Origin: Vicugna vicugna
Taxonomy: Eukaryota
NCBI GenBank assembly: GCA_013265495.1
Contig: MU058463.1
Location: 62,001-126,000, forward strand
Direction of reading: 5' to 3'
Length of the DNA: 64,000 nt
The stretch's first letter is position 1; every line of letters starts with the position of its first letter. The position numbers were made by a program, and so were the translations under genes. Below are positions 26,690 to 39,867 of this stretch, piece by piece. The notes beneath the pieces were generated by a model that worked only from the letters and a program-made list of their open reading frames with translations, was not told the origin of the DNA and did not search any database.

Positions 26690-27140
26690 GAGAGACAAGA
26701 CAGCATAATGATTGAAAGTCTAGAGTGTCTTGTCAAACTGTTTGGATTCAAATCCTGCCTCCTTCATCACTAACTATATGACATTAGGAGATTTTCTTAA
26801 TCTTCTTTTGCTTCCCTTTCATTATCTGAAATGTAAGGGAAAGATGTAGTATTCATTTTCCAGGGCTTTTAATGTAAAATCTCAGAAGGCCATAATGGTA
26901 TTGTAGTTGAGAGTATAGAATCTGGAGCCAGATAATTTGGATTCAAGTTTCACATCTGCAATTTACAGTTGTTCAGCTCTGGGAAAAAATAATTAACTTT
27001 CTCTGGATCAGTTCCACCTTTGTAAACTTAGAATAATAGTATTAATTAGCTCATACACTTATTTTGAAGATTATGTGAACTTATTCACATGAAGTGCTCA
27101 GAGCAATACCTGCTTTAGATAAACCATGAAATAAATGTAA
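26690..27140 (+). mobile_element. Two tandem MIR SINEs (~26690-26870, ~26890-27140)
   Basis: ggattcaaatcctgcctcc...actatatgacattaggaga; tctggagccagataatttggattcaag...tgaagtgctcagagcaatacctg. Confidence 0.7.
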
Positions 27141-27234
27141 ACTATTCCTTAATCTAATAAAGACTGAAAGATTAAACAAAAGAAAGCCCTTAAACTCCAC
27201 CTAGACAAAACAGCGCCTAGTTGTTATTGCCTAT

Positions 27235-27685
27235 TGTGTTAGTCCCCATTAGCTGCTATAATGAATGACCACAAACTGTGCCTTAAATTAACAGAAATTT
27301 ATTATCTCACAGTTCTAGAGTCTGCAAACAAGGTTCAGCGAGGCCGCTCTCCTTCTGGAAACTTCTGGAATAATCAATTTATTCCTTGCGTCTTTCAACT
27401 TCTGGTAGCTGTAAGCATGCCCCGGAATCTGATCACCATGTCTGTCTCTGTCTCCATGTTGCTTATCCTCTGGATGTATGGTGTTTATCTCCCTCTGCCT
27501 CTTTCTTGTAAGGCTATTTGTGATGACATTTAGAGTGTATCCAAATAATCTAGGATAATATCCTCATTTCAAAGTCCTTACCATAATCACATCTGCACAG
27601 ACCATTTTCCCAAATAGGGTAACATTTATATATTTTAGGGATTAGGACATAAATATAACCTAGGTGCCAATATCAGCCTACCACA
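27235..27685 (-). mobile_element. MLT1C/D-like MaLR solo LTR
   Basis: gctgctataatgaatgaccacaaact...acagaaatttattatctcacagttctaga...aatcacatctgca...cagcctaccaca. Confidence 0.85.
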
Positions 27686-27880
27686 GTTAAGAGATTTATT
27701 TGCCATTACTTAATATTCTTCATTATATCACATATAAAATTTTGTATAACACTATTTTTAAAAGCAGTTTTGAAGAATTAGCACAAAGTGATATAATATA
27801 TGAATGAGTTTAAGACATGAAATTTGAAAATAACTTAAAATGTTGACATTGCATCATGTATAGGTTTCCCCATTATTTTA

Positions 27881-29509
27881 TTTTTTTAATTTTTTATTGA
27901 AGTATAGTTGATTTACAATGTTGTATTAATTTCTATTGCACAGCATTGTGATTCAGTTATACATACATATATATTTCATTTTCATATTCTTTTTCATTGT
28001 AGGCTATGACAAGGTATTCAGTACAGTTGCCTGTATTGTACAGTAGGACCTTGCTTATCTATGTCATACAGAGTAGTTAGTATCTGCACATCCCAAACTC
28101 CCACTTTATCCCTTCCCACTCTCTTCCCCCTCTGGTAACCATAAGTTTGTTTTCTGTATCTGTGAGTCTGTTTCTATTTTGTAAGTAAGTTCATTTGTCT
28201 CTCTTTTCTTTTCTTTTTTTTAGATTCTACATATTAGTGATATCACATGGTATTTTTCTTTCTCTTTCTGACTTACTTCACTTAGTATGACAATCTCCAA
28301 GTCCATCCATGTTGCTACAAATGCTATTGTTTTATTTTTCTATGGTTGAGTGGTATCCTATTGTATAATAGGATTTTCTTTATCCAGTCATCTGTCAATG
28401 GGCATTTAGGTTGTTTCCATGTCTTGGTATTGTAAATAGTGTTGCTGTGAACACTAGGGGGCATGTATCTTTTCAAATTAGAGTTTCTTCCAGATATATG
28501 CCCAGGAGTGGGATTGCTAGACCATAGGGTTAAGTCTAATTTTTTTAAGGACTCTCCAAATTGTTTTCCATAGTGGCTGCACCAAATTACATTCCCACCA
28601 ACAGTGTAGGAGGGTTTCCTTTTCTCTACATCCTCTCCAGCATTTATTGTTTGTGAACTTTTTAATGATAGCCCTTCTGACTGTTGTGAGGTAATACCTC
28701 ATGGTCATTTTGATTTGCATTTCTCTGATAATTAGTGATACTGAGCATTTTTCATGTACCTGTTGACCATTTGGAGAAATGTTTGTTTAGGTCTTCTGCC
28801 CATTTTTTGGATTGGGTTGTTTATTCTTTTTGTTATTGAGTTGTATGAGCTGTCTGTATATTCAAATAATCCTAAACAAATGATCCTAACAAATAATCCT
28901 AAAATTTATATGGAATCACAAAAGGCCCAGAAAATTGCCAAAGCAATACTGAAGAAAAAGAGCAAAGCTGGAGGAATAACCCTCCCACACTTCAAATAGT
29001 ACTACAGAGATACAGTAATCAAAACAGCATGGTATTGGCACAAAAACAGACATACAGATCAATGGATCAGAATAGAGATCCCAGAAATAAACACACATAC
29101 CTATGATCAATTAATTTTTGACAAAGGAGTCAAGAATGTACAACAGAGAAAAGACAGCCTCTTCAGTAAGTGGTGTTGGGAAAATCAGACCACTGTATGT
29201 AAATCAATGAAGTTAGAACACTCCCTCATACCATACACAAAAATAAACTCAAAATGGTTTCAAGACTTAAACATAGGAAAGTATAAACCTAGAAGAAAAT
29301 ACAGGCAAAATTTTTCTGACATAAATCTTAGCAGTGTTCTCCTAGGGCAGTCTACTAAAGCAATAGAAATAAAAGCAGCAAAAATAAACAAATGGGATCT
29401 AATTAAACGTATAAGCTTTTGCACAGCAAAGGAAACTATAAATTATACAAAATGAAAAGAATGGGAGAAAATATTTGCAAATCATGCAGCTGACAAGGGC
29501 TTAATCTCC
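27881..29509 (-). mobile_element. L1 with 5' inversion (twin-priming structure)
   Basis: Poly(T), 3' UTR and ORF2 end on minus strand ~27881-28862; ORF2 segment on plus strand ~28865-29509 ([26 protein letters not shown]). Degenerate TSD. Confidence 0.92.
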
Positions 29510-29849
29510 GTTGTTTTAAAAACATAGATATTCCAGTAATGGAACACATACTGTATGCTAAAGTGTTCGCAACTTTTTCAGAACTTGACACTTTATAAAT
29601 TAAAATAATACATGCAGAATAATAGTGCAAATGAGTCATATTCATACTGCTGGGTCTTAATATGCCAATTTTACTCAGCTGTAATATTTGCTTAATATTT
29701 AATTTTTCCAGTCACTTACCTTCCACTGAATTACAATTTATGAGATTTAGTGCAGTATTAAATGTAAAAGGTATAGTGAATGCTCAATATTATATAGAAA
29801 CTAATTTGTAGGTCAACTTCAATTTCAATTTAAATCTTTTCTAGGGAAT

Positions 29850-29988
29850 TATTAATCTGGAGTCTGTGAATCTCTGAAGTTGAATGACTAATGTTATTCA
29901 GAAACACATGTTTTTTGAGGAAAAATTCCAAAGGCTCATCAGTCTTTCAACAGTGTCAGTGATCCAAATATTTTAAAAACTACAGCTC
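29850..29988. mobile_element. hAT-Charlie-like fragment
   Basis: ctcatcagtctttcaacagtgtcagtgatccaaatattttaaaaactacag resembles Charlie-type termini. Confidence 0.4.
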
Positions 29989-30049
29989 AAAGGCCATCAG
30001 ATGAGTGAACACTTCAAATTTTATGGTGGCGTTATCAAAACACAATTAT

Positions 30050-30190
30050 TTCATTCATCCAACAAATTATGTTCCTTGTGAGATAAAAACCTATGCAAGC
30101 CATTTTGATTTTAGGAAATCAATAAATAATTTTCTTTCCACAGCTAAGTTGAACAATTGAGAGAGAGGGAACCAAGAGTCAAACAGATGC
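30050..30190 (-). mobile_element. L2 3' end
   Basis: tcattcatccaacaaat tail followed by diverged L2 sequence. Confidence 0.45.
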
Positions 30191-31706
30191 ATGTGAACAC
30201 AGTATTTCTGTTTTTAATAAAGCTGTTTCGAGGATGCGGTCTTACTCTTTGCCCGAGTGAGTCTGCTAATAATCCCCCTGAATATAACTCTTCGCTGCCA
30301 AACCACGTATCTGCCCTACGGTCCCAGAGCCAAGCCTTCCACACGTCCTTCCACAGAAAGGACCACTGCCAAGGGCTGACTAACACCTTCAGCTCCTTCT
30401 CGCCATCTCACCAATGGGATAATTCACTTCTTCAAGGGGAGATGTAGCAAAAGGTACAGATCATATCAGAAGAGCTTTTTCTAGGATGTCCTTTCACATA
30501 GCAGCCTGAGGAGAAGAGTTTAAGTGCTCTTTTTCACCATTCTCCATCTTTTTTTCTCATATTGTGTTTGATTTTAAACCTTCAATCTATAAGAAGAAGA
30601 TTATCAATTTATGGAGAAATTCTTACTTCTACTTTCTTAAATCTCCTCTCAGAGCCTTCAATTCTCAAAGCTTCCTAGGGTGCTTTTATAGGACCACCAA
30701 CAGGTCATTTTGCTTTTGTGCCAACAGTATTACATGATAGGCTGTAACAATTAATTAAACTAACTTAGCCATTCTGTATCCAAGACAGAAAATTAGCTTG
30801 CTATTTTACATTTTAAAGAATTTTTTCCTAATCATTTTATCCCATAAAATCCATCAGAGGTGTTTCAGCAAAATTAAATAACATTATAAACTAACACCAA
30901 TAATAAACCTGTGGTAACACACACAAGCTATAAACTTGAATATAATGTGTTTCATATATTAAAATTCTTGCTAGACATTGAAGTATAAATATTAAATTTG
31001 TTTGCAAGTTCAAGTCCCTTAAGAATTAAAATCCTAAGAATTACTTTCAAAATCCATTTCTACTGAATTAATCAATAAAATTCAAAGAAATGAAAATCCC
31101 AAATTTAGATATTCTGATTTTTTGTTCTGATAACTATAAGACAGATTTTTTTCCCATTACCTTCATAAAGGCAGGATTTCTTTAACTGCTGGGGGCGTTG
31201 GTATTTCATACTAGAATGGAAGCAGTGTCCTTAGGCTCTCAACAAGAGAATTTTTTTTCCTGTGTGTCATATTTAAAGAGTCTAGATAAAGGAAAGGCAC
31301 ACATGAGATTTTTACACTTGTTACCCCAACATACAGATGTATAAATTCACATGCATGCAGACACACAACATTTAGAGGACACAGAAATGCCTTGCCCCCA
31401 GAACAGTTATACCAAGAAAAATTATGTCCACAGAGAATAAAGTTGAAGAAAAATTAGTTACATTTGAGAAGATTTGTGAATCTTGAATTTAGGTTTACCA
31501 GTCCTTCTAAGACAGCACAGTAGTACATAACCTGAGACTTTAAATAACACTGAAAGAAATCTTCCAATATGCAGCTCATTAAGATACTCAGTTTACTATG
31601 TAGTGGGTAGTTTCACCTGTGAATACTCCACTTTCCCAAGGAGTGGCACTTCTACTAAAATTAGAATTGTTTTTCATGTTCAGCATATTTAATTCCTGTT
31701 AGTTTA

Positions 31707-31905
31707 TTTTTTTATTTTATTTTTATTTATTTTTATTTTTTTTTACCTTCTGGATCAGTTTTATTCTTTTTTTTTTACATTTTTTATTGATTCATAATCA
31801 TTTTACAGTGTTGTGTCAAATTCCAATGTTCAGCACAATTTTTCAGTCATTCATGGACATATACACACTCATTGTCACATTTTTTTCTCTGTGATTTATC
31901 ATAAC
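31707..31905 (-). mobile_element. Young, heavily 5'-truncated L1 3' end (camelid-like) with 15-bp TSD and double A-tail
   Basis: TSD attcctgttagttta at 31692-31706 and 31906-31920. L1 end ttttttattgattcataatcattttacagtgttgtgtcaaattcc. Confidence 0.92.
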
Positions 31906-32019
31906 ATTCCTGTTAGTTTAGATGTAGCCTTGGTGAGTTGTCTCTTGTATTGTCTCTGAATTCTGAATGAGTGCTGTCTCTAGTGACAGCCGAGCCAGCA
32001 GGCCTTTAATACCTGGCCA

Positions 32020-32620
32020 CATTGTCTTCCTTGACTTTCGCTGTGAAATCTCATCAACATTAGAAATGTCTCTCTTAAGGAAGCTTTCTCCCTCCTCCCA
32101 ATTTTCTTTATTATTTATTTCTCAGAAGAATCTTCCTCAGGGGATTTTGAACTGAGGCTTCTGTTAATATTTCTGAGTGTTAATATTTCTGACTCTCAGA
32201 TTTCCAGTGGGATATTCCTTTACTATTTCATTTTCACTTCTGGTTGTTACTTTCAAGAAGCTTAATTTGTCATAGTTGAACCTGTAGTTTAAATACATTC
32301 TTTTCACCTTCTATATCATGACGTCTACCACTGTTCACCAGATTTGAGTTAATATATATTCTTTCTCTTTCTTATGCCCTCTCTGACTCATACATACGTG
32401 TGTTCATTCAGTGATTTCCAATGTCTTATCCTTCTTTTACTGTTAGGTTCCTTTGTGCCTCAGTCACATTTTTAGATCTAGCAACAAATACAATGTCTAG
32501 TTCTTTTCTAATATCCTCTGTAAGATCAGTTAAAATGTGATTTTTTTAAACTCATATTTGTTTATCCTCCTCTTCAAAGTCCCACTTTCCTCTTGATATC
32601 ACTCTAGTCAATTATATAAT
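32020..32620 (+). mobile_element. L2 fragment
   Basis: Pyrimidine-rich diverged L2-like sequence (gtcttccttgacttt...catcaacattaga...ctctcttaaggaagctttctcc). Confidence 0.4.
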
Positions 32621-32800
32621 ATGTGGCATTTCTCCTTGAAGAAATCTCCTTCTTCTTTGCATTAGTCAGGTATGCCCCAGCTTCTATTTTGAGAAGATAC
32701 AGCATACTTCAAGTAATTACATTATTGTTGCTTTTTGTTTGTTGTTGCTGTGTTGTTTTTGCTGCTATTTGTTTGCTTAAAGTGTTTTCAGGATATTTCC

Positions 32801-34120
32801 TTTTTTAAAGACGTTCCTAAGAACAGTTTTTAGCTTACAATAAAACTGAGCAGAAGGTAGAGATTTCTTGTGTACCCCTATGACGTACATAGCCTTCCTC
32901 ATTATCAACAGCACTCATCACAATGGTATAGGTTTTTACCAAGGATACACTTACATTGACTTACATAATCATCCATGGACTATAATTTATCTTAGGGTTC
33001 ACTCTTGTTATTGTTCATTGAGTCCTGGTATTATACATTGGGTCTGGACAAAAACATAATGATATATATTCATCACCATAATTTCATACACATACAGCTC
33101 TAAAAATCCTCTGTGCTCTGCCTGTTCATCTCTCCCCACCTTCCCACCTATGGCAACCACTGATCTTTTTATTTGTTGTCTCCATAGTTTTGCCTTTCTG
33201 GACTAATTATTTCAAGTCTGTATTCATTGTCATGTATAGCCACTGCTCAGTTAGTTTATGGGGCTACTAATGATTAGTTAGAACTTTTTATTAATGTCTT
33301 GAATCATAAATCTTCCACGTATTGCCAGAGGGCCTGTTTCTATGTTTGGGCATAACTTTAATGCTCATGGAGTTCACAATTCTGCTTTAAATTTCACCTC
33401 CTGCTCACAGAACCTCAAGGTCACCAGAAGTAAGAGCTTGAGCTATTTCCCATCTTTAGGGGTCTGGACATATCTTGACATTTGCACAGTCTTTAGGTCT
33501 CCAGTAATATTCCAGAGCTTTTCAAAACCCCCTGTGGATATCTTATTCCTTAGATATTTCCTTTTAAATTTCTGGCCAGCCTCTTCTTTGACCCAACATG
33601 TATCACAGCTTTAGGCAGCTGTGACTTAAAAATATTTTTCAATCATTATTTTCAACAAAGACCCTGGGGATAGGGCTACTCCTTGATGTAAACTAGAAAA
33701 GTCAAATAATGGCATCACTCTGCAACTGGGACTTTTCTAGTGAGCTGCCAGACAAGCCAAATAGTGAGCCTGCTTTAGGGGACTTTTTGAAGAAGTTCAG
33801 AGCTAGTCTGCCCTCACCTGTGGCTGCAAGACTGCTTGTTCTTCTCAGCTTTGGTGGTTGTGAGACTGCTTGTTTTCAACGGTGCTGCAGAGCTGCAGAG
33901 ATGGGGATGGAAGTAGGCCAAGTTATATTGCCACAAATCCTGCTGTTCTTACTGAAGTTCAGCACATTTTCTCAAGGAAACATGCCCCTATTTGTTTCAA
34001 TACTTTTTTTAATTTCCAGAGTTCTGAAAGTCTTGACTTTGACAATTTGTTGCCAATGTCTTTGGTGTTTTTATAAAGGAACACATTTTCGCAGTCCCTC
34101 ACTGCTCTTCTGGAAGTCCC
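32801..34120 (-). mobile_element. L1MC-type element: 5' UTR region joined to 3' UTR, ORFs absent
   Basis: 32801-33200 is antisense L1MC 3' UTR (cttagggttcactcttg, ggcaaccactgatc, ccatagttttgccttt). 33200-34120 is antisense L1M 5' end (aatttccagagttctgaaag...ttgacaatttgttgcca...ggaagtcc). Explains ORF 33709-34287. Confidence 0.75.
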
Positions 34121-34399
34121 ACCCCTCCCTTTCCCTTTCTGTGTTTCTCTCTAATGAAATTCGATATATTCTTTATGACCAAGCAGAAGATTTTCCTAAC
34201 TGGGTCAGCTACTTGCATCTTCTATGTGTAGCTGAATATTCTCCCACTAAAACCCTGAATGAGATCTATCAGGAATTCTACAAATGAAAGGAAATAATCA
34301 CTATGTCTAGATATTTTATGTGTATTTTATACTCATTGTATCAACTAATCTTCAGTAATATTCTTTTTGTAGGGCATTTCATCCCCATCTTACAGCTTC

Positions 34400-34590
34400 A
34401 TATGGGAATAAATCTTGATTCTCTCCATTACTGTATGCTTTGAACAAGTTACGAAAACTTCCTGAGCCTAAGCTAACTTGGAAATGAAATGCAAACATAA
34501 ATCCTGACCACCTAGACTTCTAAAGAGAATTCCAGAAGATACTGAATGTATACAACTTAACTTAGTGATTGGCAAATGACAAACACTTAG
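34400..34590 (+). mobile_element. MIR SINE
   Basis: ctttgaacaagttacgaaaacttcctgagcct core-like motif. Confidence 0.5.
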
Positions 34591-37500
34591 GAAAAAGCCA
34601 TCTATATATTTTGGTTTATGTGTGATGTGAATTTATATTTTAGCTCTGTATGGTATGTGTTTAATATTTTAGCTCCCTTTTAGTGGCTATGGAAATTTGT
34701 GATGAGGTGAGCCTAGAGCAAATTTCAGCTCACATGAAATGCATTTGATGCAGTCTGCAATAAATCTTTCATATTTACCTAGTCACTGATACAGCACAAA
34801 TTCTCATGCGTCTCACAGGTAGCCACTGTTGATAACCCAGAGTACTTTTATAATCAGAATACACATTACCACAGTTTGATGTCACTATTTCTTAGATTTT
34901 GCCTTGGCCTGTTGTGTTCCTTCTCTGTATCCCCCACTTCTATCTGTTCTTCAAAGCCCAGATTAAAGGTCACCTACTCAATGCCTTGTTTGGTATTCTT
35001 CTGCCAAAACTAATTGTTTTTAAAATTTTTGTACTTCCACAAGTACCATTTAAATATTATTTAAATTGTATGCTCTTATAATCTATGGAATGGTTCAGGT
35101 ATCTGCTTTTAATTGGAGTAAATGATCCTTATAGCAAAATAAAGGTCCTATTAATTTTCTACCACTATGAATTCCAAATCCTTAAGACCATGATGATTTG
35201 CATTAAGTAAATACTGGATAGATGATCTGTCTGTTAAAATACAGATTGAAGCTGGATTGCAAAGAACTTGCAATTGTCTGCTAAAATAAAATTGGAGCCA
35301 GACTACAAGAAGTTGAAGCATATAATTTTTATACTCTGTATCCCTTTGGGAAAATTACTTCTTCCATTTTTTGATATCTTGTGTGTAGAAAATGATAGAA
35401 TACTGAAGGGGAAAATCGTATTGCACAAAGACAGCTTTAAGCATTTCTAATACCTAACTTATTGTCCTGCATGGAGTTATGCATGTGCATATTTGTTAGG
35501 AGATATGTTTGTAAATCTTTGTGCTGACAGTAAAATAGAGAGCTTTAAATACATTTTGGTGCATACCTGGCATTTTCTTTCTGAACTCAACAAGAATGTA
35601 AATATATGAAGTTGCACAGCCTGTGTGTGCATATGCTATATGCATAGGCTTAGAATACGTATATTGAAGCCATCAGAAAGAAAGAAAGAAACCTAGTAAG
35701 TAAATTTATTTTTGACACTTAGACCTGTGGAAATGTTTGACAGTGCAAAATATCATCTTTAATGTGGTTTACATTGACTCTGTAGTATCTAAAGATGAAT
35801 ATACAGTCATGGGTGAATGGGAGTGGCAGTGAAAAGGAGAAGGATAATATCTTTACTCAAACATACTTATATTACAGTTATGACTGAAAATGGAACTCTG
35901 CTGAAAAAGACTGAAGAAGTAACATAGTGTGAATATAATACAACTTTTGTCTTCTTATTACTATGAAATGCCAAGTTCTTACTGTTACTTTTATATACAA
36001 TTTCCATATATTTATAAAAAGGAACATAGGAACAGAAATGGTATCAAAGTGGAAGAGAAACAAAGGAGTTTTGTTTCAACTCCAATCTCATTTAATAATT
36101 CTGGGCAGTTTTTCAATCTCAGAGCGGATGACTTTTTTATGCTTTACCAAATATTCCAGGAAGAGCTTCTGTAAATCTTGGCTTTATCTAACTTCAAATC
36201 CACATAGAGTCCAAATCTATTTTAAATAAATGTTTTATTCAAATATTTGAATTGTATTTTCAAAGTGGTATGTGGGATAATGTTATCATTTGAATAGCTG
36301 TGTGATATGACAAGGACAGAAATATTGGCCTCAAACACTTAAAGATCTATAAAAATTAAAGAGAAGAGCTATTTTCCTGTCATCTGAGCTAGAACCTCAC
36401 ACCAACACTGTCACTCTTTTGGAATAAACTATGCCTCTGCAAGTCTAATAGAAGAAACAGGAAACAGATTAAAGACACATTCTAATTTATCTCTTAAATT
36501 TATCCACTTCCTAAAATTTGATTTAAACCACAACCTACATAAATGTTTTTCTCTCTGACTTTCTTTCACACTATCAAATTATTTGTCTCAAAATCTTAGA
36601 AGACACTAAAAAATGTTTTCTTCTTCAGAGAATCATATGATGTTTCATATTATGGAAATATCTGTACAATGACTATATTCGTGTAATTGTCTACAAGGTA
36701 TATAAAAAATAATAATTACATTTCATTATTTAATTTTACTACATTGTAAGATCTCGATACAAATTAATGTAGCTAAATTTTTGGCAATTTTTTCAGTTGT
36801 CTTCATATATTCTTAAGTGTTATAAGGAAATAATTTAGGATTTTGAATGGCTTGGGGTGAGGGGTCAAATGAGATAAAAGAGACCATTTTTTTGAAAAAT
36901 CTCTTTTCCTATCATCCCTCTACCTGTAGTTCCTAATATTCATCAGCCATTTTTCTTATGTTGTTATTTCATTACTAACTCAATGTTCTCTCCATTTATT
37001 TTTTCTATGGAAGAGTCCAAACATTTCATATTCATCTATTGATGCTGGATTTGCAGGGTCAGTGGTGAAAAATTAAAATTTATACCAGTGAAAATAAAGC
37101 TTTGCTTTTCAGAAAATAAAAATGCTTCTTTTCTATAGTGGGAGAAAAGAACTTTAAAAACGCTAATATACTTAAATATCTGATACCATTCATAGTCTTA
37201 AATTTTCAGATTTGAGGCAAATAAATGTAGATATGTGTGTATACGTATCTTATTTTGAAAGGTACAACTACTTAGTTTTGGTTTGTAAAAGATTGATGTT
37301 TTAAAGTCAATGATGCTGCAATCTAAACAGATGATATTTGGTTTGAGAACATGATGTGGAGAAAATAGATTCAGTATCATTTCCAAAGTGGAAGTCAAGT
37401 CCTTATCTGTTCATTTGCTGTTGAATAAAGTTGAGGAAAATGAGTTAGTCCAAGTGTAAAAAGAGTAAGTGTATGTATATTTTTACATATCTATAGGAGG

Positions 37501-39358
37501 TTTATGTTCATGGAAATTTAAGAATTCCTGATATGATTGATGGAGGAAAAAAAGAGTAAGATTTGTGACTAAGTCATCACAAGCTCTTTTCCCTTCTTAT
37601 ATCTCAACTTGGCCAACATTTAATAAGTATTAATGCTTCTCATCCATGGAAACAGAGATTAGATAATTAAATATTTTTTGTATTGCATTTATTCTCATTT
37701 ATCTTTAAATTAAAAATAAAACTCTCAGATTTCAGCTATGACATATAAAGAGTCCAAAATTTGTCACTTATGTTCTTACTACAACAAGAAAAGAAATTTT
37801 GAACAAACTGAAAATTAATTATTTTCCTTGGATCCATCAGGGATGTAAGGTCAGAAATCAACCACTATCATGAAATCTAGAGATACAGGTGAATCCAGAG
37901 AGTCACAGCTAAGATACACTTACATGAAACAAAGTTCCTGGAGTCATACACTTACAGCAACACTAACTGCTAATTACTAAACAGTAATCTTGATGAAATG
38001 CTGGAAGATGGGTGTGGACTACAACAGGAGCGAGAAACAGCTGGGAGCTGCAGTGTCAGGGGAGCAGACATTCACGGGATTCATATCCAAGACATCACCA
38101 GGTTCCATAGGTGAAGGGCCAAGAAACATTCCCTCTGTGGTTTTAACTGAGCATGTAAAGAATAATCATTGACAAATATTTCCAGAACATTATCTGCCAC
38201 ACTTTCCTGTATCACTTTAGGAGGGGGAAAAAGCTTGGAAACACTATGAATGCCACAGCCCTAGGAGACAGGCCCACTAGAAGACTGAGATTCAATCATG
38301 AGATTGCAGACTGCTTCCCTTGCCCACACCTCACCACCACAGCATCACATCCCCAGAATAGTTACAGTGTGTTGAAAGTGAAAGATGTTTAAGACACAGA
38401 CACCATCTGAAGAAAACTTTTTTTAGTGAAGAACAAAGGAAACAAGAGAGACTAAAACAAGAACATTAGAGGAATTTGAAGACTGGCACTCATAGCTACA
38501 GCAAACATTAAATACACAGCCCAACTCCTAGCCAGGTTAACAGGAAACATGTTAAAGGCCTATTTACTATCATTCCTATTACCAGATACCTCATGTTTTG
38601 TGTCAATTAAAAGTGACAAAGTGTGCTAAAATACAAGTAAAACACTGTCTGAAGAGACAAAGCAAGCATTAGAACCACACTTATATTTGATACAGATAAT
38701 GGAATTACCAGACAGGGAATTTAGAGTAACTATAAATAATAGGCTAAGGGCTCTAATGGGTGAAGTAGACAACATACAAGAATAGAGGAGTAATGTAAAC
38801 ACAAAGATAGAAACACTAAGAGAGAATCCAAAGGTTATGATTGAAAATGGAATACACAGTAACACAAATGAACAATGCTATCAGTAGGCTCAATAGATGG
38901 AACACAACCGTGAAAAAAATTAGTGAACTTGAAAATAGGCCAATAATAAATTTCCAAACTAAATTGCAAAGAGAAAAAAAGTATGATGAAAAATATCAGA
39001 ATATCCAATACTGGTATTCTGTTTCAAAGGATGCCACATGAGCACAACTGGAGTGTCGGAAGAAGAAAGTCAGAATGGACTAGAAGAAATGTTTGAAGTA
39101 ACAATGTCTAAGAACTTTTCCAGATTAATGATAGACAGCAATCAGAGACTTAGCTAATGAGAGAACAGTTTCGAGGATAAATGCCAAAAGACTACAGCTA
39201 GTAATATTATATTCAAACTGCAGAAAACCAATGATAAAATGAAAATCTTGAAAGAACTAGGAGGAAAAGAACAAAACAAAACAAAGCAAAACACCTTGAC
39301 AGTAGAGGAACAAGGGTATGAATTGCAGGAAACATTTCATCATAAACCACGTAAGCAA

Positions 39359-39867
39359 TGATAACTAAAAATTGGCACTTGCCATCTGCATCTACAAGGA
39401 TTGGATCACATTGACACTTGCCATCTAACTCTGCTTGGATTAGACCATGAGTCACCGCAGTCACTGACCGCCAACACACCCTGAAAGGAGTTCAGGATGG
39501 AGGTCAGGAATGAGGCCCTCTGTGCTCTGGGAAAACTGGCTGAACAGGCCTTCAGATAGTAAGATATTTTCAGGAGAAGATTTTATGAGCCCAAGTTCTT
39601 GTTCTCCTCCTATCAAGAAAAACACTCAATTCATCAACAGTGACACTTACTACTTGTGACTAGCAGCAAGCATCTGCCTAAGGGTGTGTTTGATGGCACA
39701 TACAACCCCGCCACAAAATCACATATAATACTGAGTTCTCCCCTGCCTCCTCAGAACAGTTTCTCAGCGCATTCTGAGATACTATCTCCCAGGCTATAGT
39801 TCTCATTTTGTCCCAAATAAAACTTAACCCACAACTCTCACATTGTGTGATTTTATTTTAGTCGATA
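39359..39867 (+). mobile_element. ERV1-type solo LTR with 4-bp TSD
   Basis: TG start, ends agtcgata (decayed ...gtcgaca), TSD GCAA at 39355-39358 and 39868-39871, poly(A) signal caaataaaac near 39815. Confidence 0.88.

Noticed and set aside
30130..30160. Strong-looking acceptor ttttctttccacag
   Set aside because: Stops follow in all three frames and it lies within an L2 remnant.
33709..34287. Longest ORF (192 aa)
   Set aside because: Mostly antisense to an L1 5' UTR, with no recognisable protein motif.
35860..36230. Cluster of overlapping short ORFs
   Set aside because: No homology recognised and weak splice signals, consistent with chance.
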